From Lingula anatina (lineage: Eukaryota; Animalia; Brachiopoda), in the NCBI GenBank assembly GCA_051362555.1, contig CM120646.1, forward strand, positions 10,602,001 through 10,666,000: 64,000 bases of DNA. Direction: 5' to 3'. Positions 11,701-24,438 of this stretch are shown piece after piece (positions within the stretch are counted from its first letter, which is position 1; each line of letters starts with the position of its first letter). The notes beneath the pieces were generated by a model that saw nothing but the letters and a program-made list of their open reading frames with translations, made no database searches and was not told where the DNA came from. The position numbers and the translations under genes are program-made.

Positions 11701-14700
11701 GACATGAAAAGTGACCTCATCTTGGCATGAAATGTGACTTCATGCCATTGATTGTGACATGTTTTATGAAATGAAAAAACCACAATGACTCACAGTTTAA
11801 AGAAGACCAAATTAGTAACAAATCTATGTATTAGTTTATGTTGTGGTTAACTTCTTGGTACTTGTTACTGGTTTTATTTTCTGCAACCACTATACAATAC
11901 CTCATACCATAGCTAGTTTATCAAAGGGGAGTTGATGTGGGTGAGAAACAGTTTGATACCACTAGTGCTTACGTACCCTGCCACTGTAATACAGTATAGA
12001 CGGTATTTAACTACCAGCCACAATCTAAGCTTTTCTTTTTCCTTAACCTAATGTACAGTGCATATTTATACAGGTAAAAAGTTGAATAATTCAATTAGGA
12101 TGTGATTGAATAAGCTGCAGAAAACCCATTGCATTCTGTATATTGTGGAGTTGTACCCTTTTTTTTGTTGGCAGTACAACTTCATTTTTGATCCAGTATC
12201 TCTCACAGTTTATCAACTTCACTTTCTTTGCTGTATGTTTAGTGTGTCTTCTGTTCTGCAGATTAGCGTCTCCACTTTTGTTGTGTATGTTAGCCAGTCG
12301 GGATACCTGGAAGTGTGTGGTGACTGTCTCGTCTGCCGTAGAGTCTGTAGACATTAGTATCAGGGTGAAAAGAACCATGTAGACTGTCACTGGAGGTAGA
12401 CTGGTTGGCGCATAATTTGAACATGAGAACATATAGAATACAAATTTACCCAATGTAAAACACATGTAAATTGTGATCAATGATGCATGCAAAAGAAATA
12501 GCATATTTTATGATTCTAAAGATTTTAAAATGACCCCCGTGATACGTTTATTGATAGCATGAGAAGGGAGAATGGCAAGTTTTTATAGAATTGACACTTG
12601 CTGTAGTTTTCAAACCAATTTTTTGTATTTATATATTTATCATCATACATGCCAGTATAGATATTGCAGTAAACTGTTTTAGTCCTTATATAACAGAGAA
12701 TTACCTGAATCTAATCATTTGACAATATTCTCACACAATTGTCATTGTCATTAGCAATCAGCTGTAATACCATGTGTACATGTTATCATGTCCATAGATT
12801 TTATTGTGTAAGTTGGTGAAGGAAAGTGATATCAAAATGGAATCAGCTGACAGATAGTGCTGCATATTAGTGCATTGTGTTTGCACAGCCATATTGCAGT
12901 AGAGAGGACCAATTAAATGGTCATATGATCTGTGCTCCCAGCTTACTGCAATCGTGGATGCTCTCTGATACACAGTATTGAATGCTTGTAGGATTACACC
13001 AACCTATGAAGAAAGAGGGAAAATATTGTTTAAATTCCTTCTGAAACTTTCAAATTATTTTTACTATAATCACTTAGATACCAGTGATAATTTGAGTTTA
13101 GTAAACCAGTTGGGACATGTACCCTTTGTGGTGAGGACACATCGAGAATTAAAGGAAATAGAAACTATCAGGGTTAACATTTCTTAATTACGTCATCTTA
13201 TATGCAAGAAAACATATGAATAGTTACTTAAATCTTGGGTGACTAGACAGCCACTGCCACAAGATAACTGTAGAAAACAGAAACTAAAACTGAAAGACAA
13301 AAAGTGAACATTTTGTGAAAATAATTAACCTGGTGGGCATGGGATCAAAAGAAATATCATCTGCCATTCCCTTTCTCTCTGGACATCTGAACCCTGATGG
13401 TTGACTGATAGAGAACTCTTGAACCTTGTGTCTCTGCTGTCCTCACTGAAACTAATATCTTAGATTGACCTTAAAAGTAGATCGTGTTTATTTAGTTTTT
13501 ATAAATAGCACCATGCCACCAGAGTGATGGCTTTTTGGTAGGAGATAGTTTAAATGCCTCCTAATACTAATGAGTTTGACTTGCTTCCTTGAGCAGGTTA
13601 GAGATGAAGTACAGCTGAAGTAGAATAGTTTGTTTATATGTAGTGATGTAGGAATGGTCAATTTTGGTTCACTAGTCTTAAGTTTATGCAAAATTTGTTA
13701 CCACACTGAGGAATGTATTTTACCTTGGGGACAAGATCATGATCAAGATATTAAAGCTGTAAAAGAGGGAGGAATAGTGTTTAGTGAGGTGTCGCGTATG
13801 CTGTACCTGGTAGCTTAACAAGTGTGGTTTACCTCTGTGGTGAGAGATAGGGTCAGCTATGTGCAATTGTGTGCCCCCAAGTGTTCTCATAACAACTTAC
13901 TGGCCATCACCAACTTGATTACCTTAAACCACTACAAAACAGTGAGAGCATCCTGGGATGACTTCATTGCACCTGCTAAATGACAGTTGTGCATGCATTT
14001 GGCGGAAATTTTTAAATATTGACATAATTGAACCAGATGCATTGTAGCTTTAGGCTAGTCTTATCCGAAATAATGATGATATCCGTGACAAGATAACAAG
14101 ATATACGAGTGCAAACACACAATTTAGGCGTAGAAAATTGGTGTAGAAAAAAAGCACTAATAGTATTTTTTGTTTCTTTCTTTCTTTCATTAAAGTTCAA
14201 ATAGGAAAATAATATTCTAAGAAAATAAATAAACCTTAGTTATGCAGTTGGTGTTTAGAAACATTTTAAGGTATAGATGAAATTATTCTATCATTAACTT
14301 GCTTTGCTTTGTTACAGCAGCTGTGTCATGTGTTTGCCGTTAATTGCAATACAAGTTTCTATTGATCACCATATCCATAAATGATCACAGGTAGTACTGA
14401 TAAGCTTAGCTTAGCTTAGCAAGTGTCCTCTTTTTTGAACTGAAATAAGGTTGTGTGAACTTCACATGAGCAGCACATGTATAGTATTTGGATAAAAGGG
14501 GGAATGGAGGTGGGGGAGACTTTGTTTGCTGAACAGCACATCTAATGTTATGGAAAGCTTTCTCGTGTCATGATGGATGTACAGAACAGGATAGAGGGTG
14601 GAAGGTATGTGATTGGAAAACTTTTTCATAACATTTTTTTGATTTCTGCCAATTATATTTTAGTGAAGTTTAGGTAAGTTTAACAAAGGGCATAGGTATA

Positions 14701-17700
14701 CACTTGAGAATATGGGAAAAAAACATAAAAGGCTTCTCACTTTCAGTTAATAAAAATTATACAATGCCCCAGAGTATTACAGTCAGAGTCATCCTAATAT
14801 AAGATGTAAATGTGCATTTTTTAATGTTTTGTGAAATAGCATTTCACAGAAGTTTATCAAAGAAAATGATTGTAAAATATCCAGATATTTCTTTTATCTG
14901 CAACAATCAAAATAAGTGAAGAAAGGATTTGAAGGTCAGTGAGATGACCAGTTTGTTTACAAGTAATTGTTGGTCATCTGTACTAAGTCTGACCATTGGT
15001 GACAGCAAGATGGGCAAATAGAGGTCAGGTTGTCAACGTTTTGCAATTTTGTCTTGTAGAGTAGGTGGAACAAATGTTACTTGGTTGAGAGGGTGATATA
15101 TCTGAGAAGCACTCCTGCAGAAGACGCCATTTAGTCCAAAAATTGACTGATTTGGCTCCATAGGGTGTGCATATACATTAGAATTGTATAGTTGATGAAG
15201 GGTGGTCACTAGTAGGCCAGTGTAGTGAACAGAGACTGTGATACTTTCCCAAAGCAGTTAGTCATAAGAAATGAGTGTCCAACTTTGACGTTATCTTTTG
15301 TGTGAAATGTAAAATAAAAAGAAAATATAATTTAGGGTGTTCACAGTTTCATTATAAGTTCTGTACTTGTACACTGTGACTAGTTATAGGAATGTGAAAA
15401 TCAGTTTGACTTGTGTATCACTAGTACACTAAGGGGCATTGCTATACAGGAATGATTGTTTTGGAATTGAATTTTCATTTCCAGCAGTCAGTTGTTAAGT
15501 AAAAAAATAATGATTATCAATAAAACATCTATTTTGCTATCAAAAATATTTGATGGTAGCAGTGCATGCCAAAGTGGGGGGGGGGGGGGATTTTTCCTTA
15601 ACTGACGAAGCTGAAATGGGTATAAGAAAGAATAAAACTGTCATAATGAGAGAATTGTAGTAGATAAACTTAGTGAGAATTTACTTGAGAAGTGATCTGA
15701 CTGCAGCATCAGCATGAATGACCATACTATCCACTTAACCAAAGGTCAGTTGGTCAGACCATTATAAAAAAAGAAAAAAAACTTCTAAGAGCAATTCTGG
15801 GTCTTTTTGATCTGCAGCATGGCCCAGCATGACCGTCTTAATGGTCCGATTTTGTGACAATTACACTTTTTGCGTAGATCTTCCTTTAAACCTTTATTTA
15901 TTGTTTTGCTCTTATTTGTAAAGGTGTTGTTTATTATACTTCTTCAAGGTGGGATGGGGGGATCCTTACAGATGTGCATTTTATTTTCAATTGATAATGA
16001 AATAAACTTATATTTTTATGTCCATTACAAAGTGTGGTGAGATTTAATTTTTTTTTCATTGCATGTTTGTGATGTAGATGTTTGTTCAATCCAGTGGCTT
16101 GTAAATATTTCTTCAGAGGAGAGGTATGTTCATTTGTCATGGTGTACATCGCAGGTAGTAGTGGGCTATTTGACGTAAGAATGCAGGTTGATCTTGGCTT
16201 CAGTAAATAGAGATCAGTGTCCTGACTTTCTGTTGTAGCATGAGTCCACGGAAAGGTGATTATGTACCAATTTGCTGAATCATCCTCAGAACCACATGAA
16301 CATGGGAGGTATATGTTATTCATGTCACAGGGCCCCAATAGGAAAAGCACTAATAGCAGATATGAATGCTAGCTAGTGTATACTAAGCATGGTAGTATAT
16401 CCTTGTACATGTATCATGGCCCTGAATATGGATCTTCTCGAAGGTTCCCCTCTTGTCAGAAGTTGACTGTGGATTTATAGGGATGTCCCAATAACATTAA
16501 TCCTAGTCATCCTATATAACATGTCCTTCCACCACAGAGGCACACATAGTACAATGATCGTGGTACCTTGAAAGGACCTGTGCAGATCACACTACTGTGA
16601 AGTTTTTCCTACTCTATTCCGTCCCAATGGCCTCGTGTATGTATGCACACGTGCAGCAGCAGCAGCAGCCTGTGTATCCTATGCAGCAGTATCAACAGCA
16701 GTATCAACAACAGATACCACTGCAACATCATCAGCAGCAACAACAACAACAACAACATGAGCTGCAAGGTCAAGTTTGGTTTAGCATGCTGCAACAGTTA
16801 AGACCACTGTATCCAGAAGGTATCAACTTTGAGCTAAATGTTATAATTGAGATTTATAAATAATGTTTTTTGTTGTAATTGTTATCATTTTTTTTATTAT
16901 TTTTATTATTTTGTAATTTTATAAGTTAAGGTAAAAGTACATAAGAATAAGTAAGAATTATAAATATCTGATTAAATCGAAAAAGTTTCCTTGACGTATG
17001 TATCTCTGAAATAGCTTAAAGCCAGTTTTCTTGTTTAATAATTTCAAAATAAAAAGTAATAGGTTATTTTCTCAGATAGAAAATCTTATGCCTAATGTTG
17101 TGTGAAGTTTAAAACAAAATATTTTCATGTTGGCAATAATTTTATAAATTAATTTTGTGATAAAAATGAATTATTGTTGAAGTTGAATTTTATTTGAATG
17201 CAATTAATGTTGCAAAAAAAATAATTATCACAAAACTTTGAAAATATGTTGATGAAAGATTTTTTTTATTTCAATTTGTTTACCCTCATGAATATGTAGC
17301 AATGTGACATCATACCAATGAATGTTTTCATAGCTACACTACAGGCTTCAATAAAATTAATAAAACAGACTTAAAACAGAAATTGGCAATTATTTATAAA
17401 TAAATAAGAAAAAGTTATAGATTTTTAAAAAATTGCAGATTAATATATAAATAAACAGAAAGGCACAGCATTTGGTTGCCTGATACTTTATTTCTTAATA
17501 ATATGAAACTTAAGTACTTGTGGTGAAAAACCACAAAAAAAAAAAACCCTATGTCATTGTTTATTTAAGTCTGTGCAATAAACTTTTTAGCTTACTGGCA
17601 ATTAGAACCATCACTTTCCTGAAATCTACTAGTCCAAATCAGGATTCTCTGGTCTGAATAGAAATTTCAATAAGACTGAACATTTCTTCCACTTGCATTA

Positions 17701-18967
17701 ATATTAGTTATAACAACACCTTGATTTTGTCAAACTTTTTTTACAATCAATTTCAGATAAAAAAAATAATAAATCAAAAGCTCTTCTGAAAACCTAAAGA
17801 AACATAAATTTAATGACCATGCCAAACAACTAAAATTCACACATTCTGAAAAATCTACTGTTACAAACAAAATTTTACTGGCCTTGGGCGTAGGACCAGT
17901 GGCTAATGGCGCAATAGGAATTCTCTGAAAAAGTACACAAATAGCTTGCAGCACAGAAAAGAGGAAGTTGATATGATCATGAGTCACATTGTGTGGTTAG
18001 TGAAAGTTAGGTGGTGTTTACCCATTGTGCTATTTTTGTATTGTCATGTGGAAGGTAGACTCATTCCATCATGATGGGTTTATCTGAAGGTGTTTTCTTC
18101 GTTTGTTTTATTATCTGCAGTCACCTCCTCCTCTCTCTTTTTCATTCTTTCTAACCTGTATGCTGTAGGGCAAGTAATACATCAGTTCTTTTAATCTCTA
18201 AAAGATGGTTGGGAGAGAGCAGACATCCTCATTAAGATGAATGGAGGTAAGGGGGGTAGGGTTATTACCTCTGTGCTCAGACAAGTTCTTGACGCTTTGT
18301 AGCAGTCCCTCTCTGTGAGCAACATTCTTGGGGCCTTTGTGCAAACTGGTATCCACACTCTCTGTAATAGGTTGTACAAGGTAGGATGATTAGCAGAATT
18401 CACAGTTATATATTTCAATGTAATAATTGTTAAAAGGTCAAATGGGACTCATCACATGCTGTTACATCACATGCCTGGATGCCAGTTTCAGCCAATCTGA
18501 TACTTATGGTTTTAAAATGGAAAGTTTCCTACATGTAGTAATATTCCCTTTGTGTGCCAAGTTAGAAAATGTTAATACTCATTAGTTGAACATTTATGAA
18601 AGACAAACAATATTTACTTCTTTGATTGAGCAGGGATTTTCAAATTGCTTAATGAAATGTGAGAATTTTTAGTACAAATACAATCTAATGTTATACTTTC
18701 ATGTATCCAGAAAAAAAGTTTTCTTGGAAATAACAACACATTGCCATTCATCACCAGGTGACATGATGTCCAAACCTTGGTCAAAATTAATATATATATA
18801 AACTTCTCTTCTCTGTAAGTTTCTAGTCTGTGAGAACTAGTTATGGAAATTGAGACTGGTGGTTTCTTCTAATAACTGCGTAATTTAATTTTCTCAACAA
18901 TTTAGATGGTATATTCCCTGACCTATATGATAGATTTTTAAATAATTAAAATTTCCAATGCAATTAG

Positions 18968-19018
<51 letters not shown>

Positions 19019-22000
19019 TGAAGGTCCAACACTCACCTTATCCTTTTAATGTTCATTGATCACATTTGATTTATCTGAAATTTTATCACAATATTGAGTT
19101 TGAAAAAAAAAATTAAAGGTAATGGAAATATTGAAATTAATCTTACCACAATGTTACTTCCCTAGATGGATAAACTTGAGCAACAGTTTAAATAAATTAA
19201 AATATTTCAACAAAACATTAGTATATTTATAAATAATACACTGACCTAAAGTATGAAGTGACTTGTTGTGTTCTTAATCTTAAAAAAAAAAAAAGGAAAA
19301 AGCAGTAGACCATTCAAAGAATGTCTGTCACTCAAAACCATCAGTTGTCTGTTTTTTAAGTAAACTAACTCTCCAATTTTGCTTCACACATCATAATGGC
19401 TAGATATTTTTTAACCTGATTATTAACTTATGAAATCAGTAAATGACATAACTTCATATTTCTAACTTTGGTTTGTATGTGTTCTATAGAGTATGCACAT
19501 TTTATGGAAAGGAATAATTATTGTCAAGTTTTGTTCTCTCTTGATTGCCTTTTTATTTGTGTAAAAAAGCAGGAAGTGACTATGCAGTAGTTAAACTCAA
19601 CAATTTGTATTCTGATAAAATTTTTCTAAATCAAATGTAAGTGTGTGTTTGTACTTAAGAATATGCAGATTTGGGAGGGAAGAATTTTACTTTATATATT
19701 TGTTTCCTCCCTATTGTCTTTGTACCTGGGTAAAAAAGCAGGAAGTGAGTCTGTTGTGGAAGTGAAACTGAGCAATTTGTATTCTGGTCACTTGGAGTCT
19801 GTGACTTGATTTGTTGCTCTCGGGTTGTTCAAAGGTGGGGGCACCAGTAGCTGTCTTCATAACAGGAATATTTCATTCCCCAGGTGTAGTTCTGGTATGC
19901 TTGTGAAGTTGGAGTTGCATGAGCCTTCTCATTTACTATCCTGTTGTTTTCAAATGAACTTTGCCTTTTTATTGATGTGGGAAAAATTGGATTTGCTTTG
20001 TTTTAAAAATGCCAAAAGAAAACACTCTTCAGAAAGGTTTTGGAAGTAGCACCAATTTCAAGCAAACCTTTTGAAGTGAGTTTTCATGTGCATTGTGCAT
20101 TCCTGCACAGAGAGGCTTAGATTTTTACATGGTTAGATAAAAAAAAATTAATAAAAGGGTATATGATTTAATAGTTATTTTATATTTTTTCTTGGGTTTG
20201 TATTGTGCATGCTAAAACTCTTGTACAAAAACTTCCTAAAAAGATTCTGTATATTTGGCTTATGCTAATCATACTCATTAACATGAGAAATCATTTAAAA
20301 ATGTGATGAGTTTGGGAAAAGTGCTATCTTTTAGAGGGATTTTTGTAGAATGACAAATAGTTTTCACCAGGTATGAAACTTATACAGGGTTTGTCATAAA
20401 AAGAAAAAAAAATGTTCACTTCCGTTTGCTGAATTTGAGAAAAAGTAAAAGATAAATTGTACTGACCTTGGAAGTGTTATTACTTAAATGATAAACTACC
20501 AGGGTTGCGAAATTCTCACACATACTACTTCTGTATTCTGCAAGTTTTCATTAAGTATGTTTTGAAGTTTAGAAATGTGCACTTCAATCTTTCGTCATAA
20601 TGTGGGTTTTAAATTTTAGTTTAAGCATCAGCAAAGAAAAAATCAACAAAACTTGGTGCCTAAAACATTTACAGAAGCCAATTGTATGTAAGCAATTTTT
20701 ATATTGAATATGAGTTATTTGCATGCCAAGATGATTTTCACTTAAGAATAAATAAATTTGAGCCTTGTCATATTTTCAAAGGTCATGTTCATCACCTTAT
20801 GTTCAGATTTGTAAAAAAAAAAAAAAATGAAAAAAAGAAAGAAAGAAAAGAAAGAAAGAAAAGAGATTGATGAAGAACTTCACTTTTTCATGTCAAGGTT
20901 GAATTCAATTGTGCAGTGGTGTGATACACATCTTACTTATTTTGTTCCCATACTCTAAAACACATCAAGATTATCCCACTGCTATTGTATACAAATACCT
21001 CAGACACTTAACAAGTTAAACAAATTAATGAGCTTCTTCTTATGTTTTCTGTATGGGGCCCTAAAGCTGCAGTTAATTTGCCTGTTAGTTTGTACACTGT
21101 ATTTCTCTTGCACACACTTCATTTGTACTTCAGATTTACCTGTTATAGTTAAATTCCTATGTTACGATATACAGTTTTTAAGGGTAACAAGAAGGAATAA
21201 AGGGTATGGAGGATTGTGTGAATATAGAAAAACATATTTGCTCACGTTCACTTGCATTCTCACATTCACACATGCTCGCATGAATATGTAGGTAGTAAAA
21301 TTAATATATATATCTCTGGCGTGTAAGTTGGTACAGCCTGGTACTGCTGTCTGCTTCCTAGGTAAGCACATTTCATCTTCTCCACTGAAATTAAACCTTT
21401 TTGTCATAAATTCTCTAAGTGACCAAGCATATAACTGATAGGTGTTGCATGACCTTTGGTGGAAGGGGGATTGAGCATAATGAGAAAATAATGAGTTTCA
21501 GTAATTTCTGTTTCAAGTGGTTGTAATTGATTAAGATAGCTATTATTTTACAGGTACGTATTTATCTCTGTATTTTTAACAAGACACATTTTTATTGAGT
21601 ATTTGTATGCATAGTGGTAGGTGTACCATTACAAGACAACTTGTTTGGCAACATTGAGCTCAAGGTAATATGACCTTGAAAAAGGGGTAGGAGCAAGAAC
21701 AGACTTTAATTGTTTTATTCATTTAAGTATATGTTTTGTTCCCTTTGGGCAGTTTTTCAATTTTTACTTCTTCTCTGTGTTAAGGATTTATTTCAGAGCA
21801 ACGTCTTTTTCCTAGGGGTCAATCTTCAAAGTGTTATCTATGTGTTGCAGCAGTTCTGTAGTCCTTGGGGAGTACAAATTAGAATAACTTTTTATTCTAT
21901 GGACAGAAAGCTCAACTTTTTAGTACACGCCACCATATTGTCACGGCAGTTAAGATAACATCTGTGGGCTGACAAATGAAACCTCCTTTCCATTGTCTTA

Positions 22001-24438
22001 AATATATATAAAGAATTATTATGACCCTTCAGAGATTGGTTCCCATGTCAGGTTCCCAGAAAATTATTACCTTCAAAGTCTTAGTTTTTTCCCAATTTTG
22101 TGGCTTTTTTTTTTTAAGATCTCACTATTATAAATTGTTCTTTTAGTTTTGGCCAGTCATATGTCATTGTCATCCTGTGAGTAAATTTGTGACATTTCAT
22201 TTGGTAATGGGAGCAAGGATCAAGGGTCAGTTCTTAGGCCTGAAACTCAGAGAAACCATCTGATCTAACGAACTGAAGGACTTCATTTCATAATCAAATT
22301 TTACTAAATGCATCTATGTTCGTTTTAACACAAAAGGCATTGGTCAACAGTTCATGTAAGGGGTCATTTAAATGGTCACTCAAGGTCATACTCCTCTCAC
22401 TTTTGTAGTTTTTTAGTCTGGTAAATGTTAGTCAGCATGTGAAATAGAACTTAAAGCTCAAAAGAAACCTTCGAGACAGTTGATGGATGAAACACAATAG
22501 ATGTTGTATGACGTTTGATAATGCGTGAGAAAGTTAGGCAGTATAGGTTGAACATATGCCTGAAAAGATAGATGATCCCTCTGTGCAGTGGACTGTTAAT
22601 CTATCTCTCCAAATTATTTTAACAGCCCAAGTCATGCAAAATATCCCCCTCTCCCCCCTCCCCCCACCCTCACAAATGCCATATATCTTGCGTGTCCTCA
22701 AGACTCGGTGTCAGACTGTGGTCCAGTGATTTGTCAGTGGAAATAAGCAGCCTCTCATACACTGTCATAATGTGACATATATACTCATGCACAGCAGCAT
22801 GATAGATATGACAGCAGAGACCAGGGGTTGTTTTTCAACCTCTTTGCACAGACAAAAAATTGCTGTCATATTTGGATCATAGTTCTAATAAGATTTAATA
22901 ACATTATATCTTGAAATACCCATTTATTCAAATCATATACTGTTTCTACAACTGTCATGTTTTAAGTAAAATTTAGTGTTTCCCAACATGGACACCATGA
23001 AGTGCCATTATTTTGACATTGTTAAATCCCTTAGATATGTTGTATAGTGATCAACTAGTTTTACTACAAATGAGGACAGCTTATTGATGTTTGAGTGTTA
23101 CTTCTATTTGGTTTCTGTAGAACTGCACACAGAGCTATGTAAGTGACAGTCACTATTTCATTCTTTGTGATAAGCAAAACTTTGTAACGTAAAACCTGCT
23201 GGTTAATCTGTAATCCATTTGTTATTATTATTTTTTTAATTTGATAAATGTTTATTTATTTCAGACCTGCCCACTATGCAGATGATGGATGATGCCAGCA
23301 GTGACTCTGCAGTGTCTTCCATGGGAAGTTCCCCATACCAGGTATGTTGTACTAGTTTGGTCAGATGCACACATTAAGAGAGTACTTCTCAATAGACAAG
23401 TCTTTTTTCCCCAAAATGAACTTATTTCCAGTACACATTTTATTTGAAGAAACAGAACATTTTGTCAGGTGTAAGTATTGATTTAGCAGCATATTTGGAT
23501 GTGGTAAAATTTAAAAGAAATGAAGATTTTAAAGGACATCTAAAAAACTTTCATCAAGCCCAGTTAGATAGCTTTAAAATAGAAATGGCTAATAATTTGA
23601 ATATTATTTCTTTGTATTGCAGGAGTGGACTGACAGCTCTATTGGTTCCACCTCTCCATTCGACACACTGGAGGGCGCCACTGGTGGCATGCATCAAGGA
23701 GGTGCCACAGGCTTCACCAAACCAAAGTTTGAGTACTATGATAACAGCTGCACCTACAGCATAGACCCAGGCTATCAGGATTCCCTCCATACCAACTACT
23801 CTGGCTCAGACAATGGGACAAGCTACCCTCAGTTCACTCCTGCCAGCAAGAAACACATTCATCATAACCACACATATCCCCTCCAGCCAGGCCAGCAACC
23901 CAAAGAACAGAAGAAGCCAGACCGCGACAAGGGCACACGCACCATGTTCAGCCGTGATGAGAAGCGGGCCAAGGCAATGCGCATTCCATTCTCCGTGTCT
24001 GATATTGTTAACTCTGCCGTGGAAGATTTCAACGAGATGCTGCAGAAGTATGCTCTGACTGAAGCACAGCTCCAGCTTGTCCGTGACATCAGACGCAGAG
24101 GCAAAAACAAGGTGGCTGCACAGAATTGTCGCAAACGCAAGATGGAGATCATTTTTACCTTAGACGATGAAGTCAAAGCCATGCAACAAGAGAGGGACAG
24201 ATTGCAGAAGGAGAGACAAGAGATGGAAAAAGAACACCTGGAATTCAAGAACAAGTTCAGCCACCTTTACATGGAGGTTTTCAGGTCTCTGAGGGATGAA
24301 AACGGCCGGCCGTACAACCCACAAGAATACTCGCTTCAGCAAACTGCCGATGGGAATGTCTTCTTGATCCCGCGGAATTCCACCAGCAGCGACCACACAG
24401 AGAAGGCACAAAAGAAAAGAAAATCCAAGAAGCAATGA
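540..24438 (+). CDS. NFE2L1: Cap'n'collar bZIP transcription factor, NFE2L1/Nrf1 (CncC/SKN-1A-like) ER-anchored long isoform, 768 aa; likely co-orthologue of vertebrate NFE2/NFE2L1/2/3
   Basis: Exons 540-1085, 6734-6865, 7468-7561, 7791-7882, 8050-8178, 9662-9878, 10065-10268, 23265-23341, 23623-24438. All GT-AG with matching phases, total 2307 nt. Motifs: N-terminal NHB1 [28 protein letters not shown] and [17 protein letters not shown]; [16 protein letters not shown]; DGETGE; Neh5L-like [15 protein letters not shown]; Asn/Ser/Thr-rich region; DSAVSS; HNHTY; CNC domain [14 protein letters not shown]; basic region [20 protein letters not shown]; leucine zipper; Neh3-like [16 protein letters not shown]. 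Confidence 0.95.
2794..3040. mobile_element. Palindromic MITE, probably PIF/Harbinger family, in CNC intron 1
   Basis: Perfect 23-bp inverted repeat (2836-2858 / 2966-2988) plus a 15-bp inverted repeat cttaaatgtctgtca/tgacagacatttaag. TTCCCA-containing termini flanked by TAA and TTA. Related copy at about 26290. Confidence 0.7.
6133..6279 (+). CDS. Candidate alternative first coding exon 1b of the CNC gene (49 aa, no transmembrane segment)
   Basis: cacaATG start, 49 open codons [49 protein letters not shown], ending CAG|GTTTGT in phase 0, which matches exon 2 at 6734. Initiator-like TCAGTT at 6102 and AP-1 TGAGTCA at 6022. Confidence 0.6.
8486..8713. repeat. Compound (AG)n / (CA)n / (AG)n microsatellites in CNC intron 5
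   Basis: Directly visible dinucleotide runs at about 8486-8528, 8614-8652 and 8653-8713. Confidence 0.95.
16273..16519 (+). promoter_or_regulatory. Candidate internal promoter in CNC intron 7: ARE plus TATA box
   Basis: aattTGCTGAATCAT (16273-16283; reverse ATGATTCAGCA with AT-rich flank) and TATATAA at 16513-16519, about 110 nt upstream of ATG 16627. Confidence 0.5.
16627..16819 (+). CDS. Candidate alternative poly-Gln first coding exon of the CNC gene (short isoform, about 344-361 aa)
   Basis: ATG 16627. 23 Gln in the first 47 codons, using mixed CAG/CAA in one frame. Two donors (after 16768, CAAG|GTCAAG; after 16819, GAAG|GTATCA), both phase 1, matching exon 8 at 23265. Confidence 0.6.
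18970..19017. repeat. (ATT)n microsatellite
   Basis: Directly visible trinucleotide run. Confidence 0.95.

Noticed and set aside
12091-12504. Overlapping ORFs in intron 7
   Set aside because: No recognisable domain and no phase-compatible splice sites.
23301-23311. ARE match GTGACTCTGCA inside exon 8
   Set aside because: Explained by the codons for SDSA in the degron-like motif.
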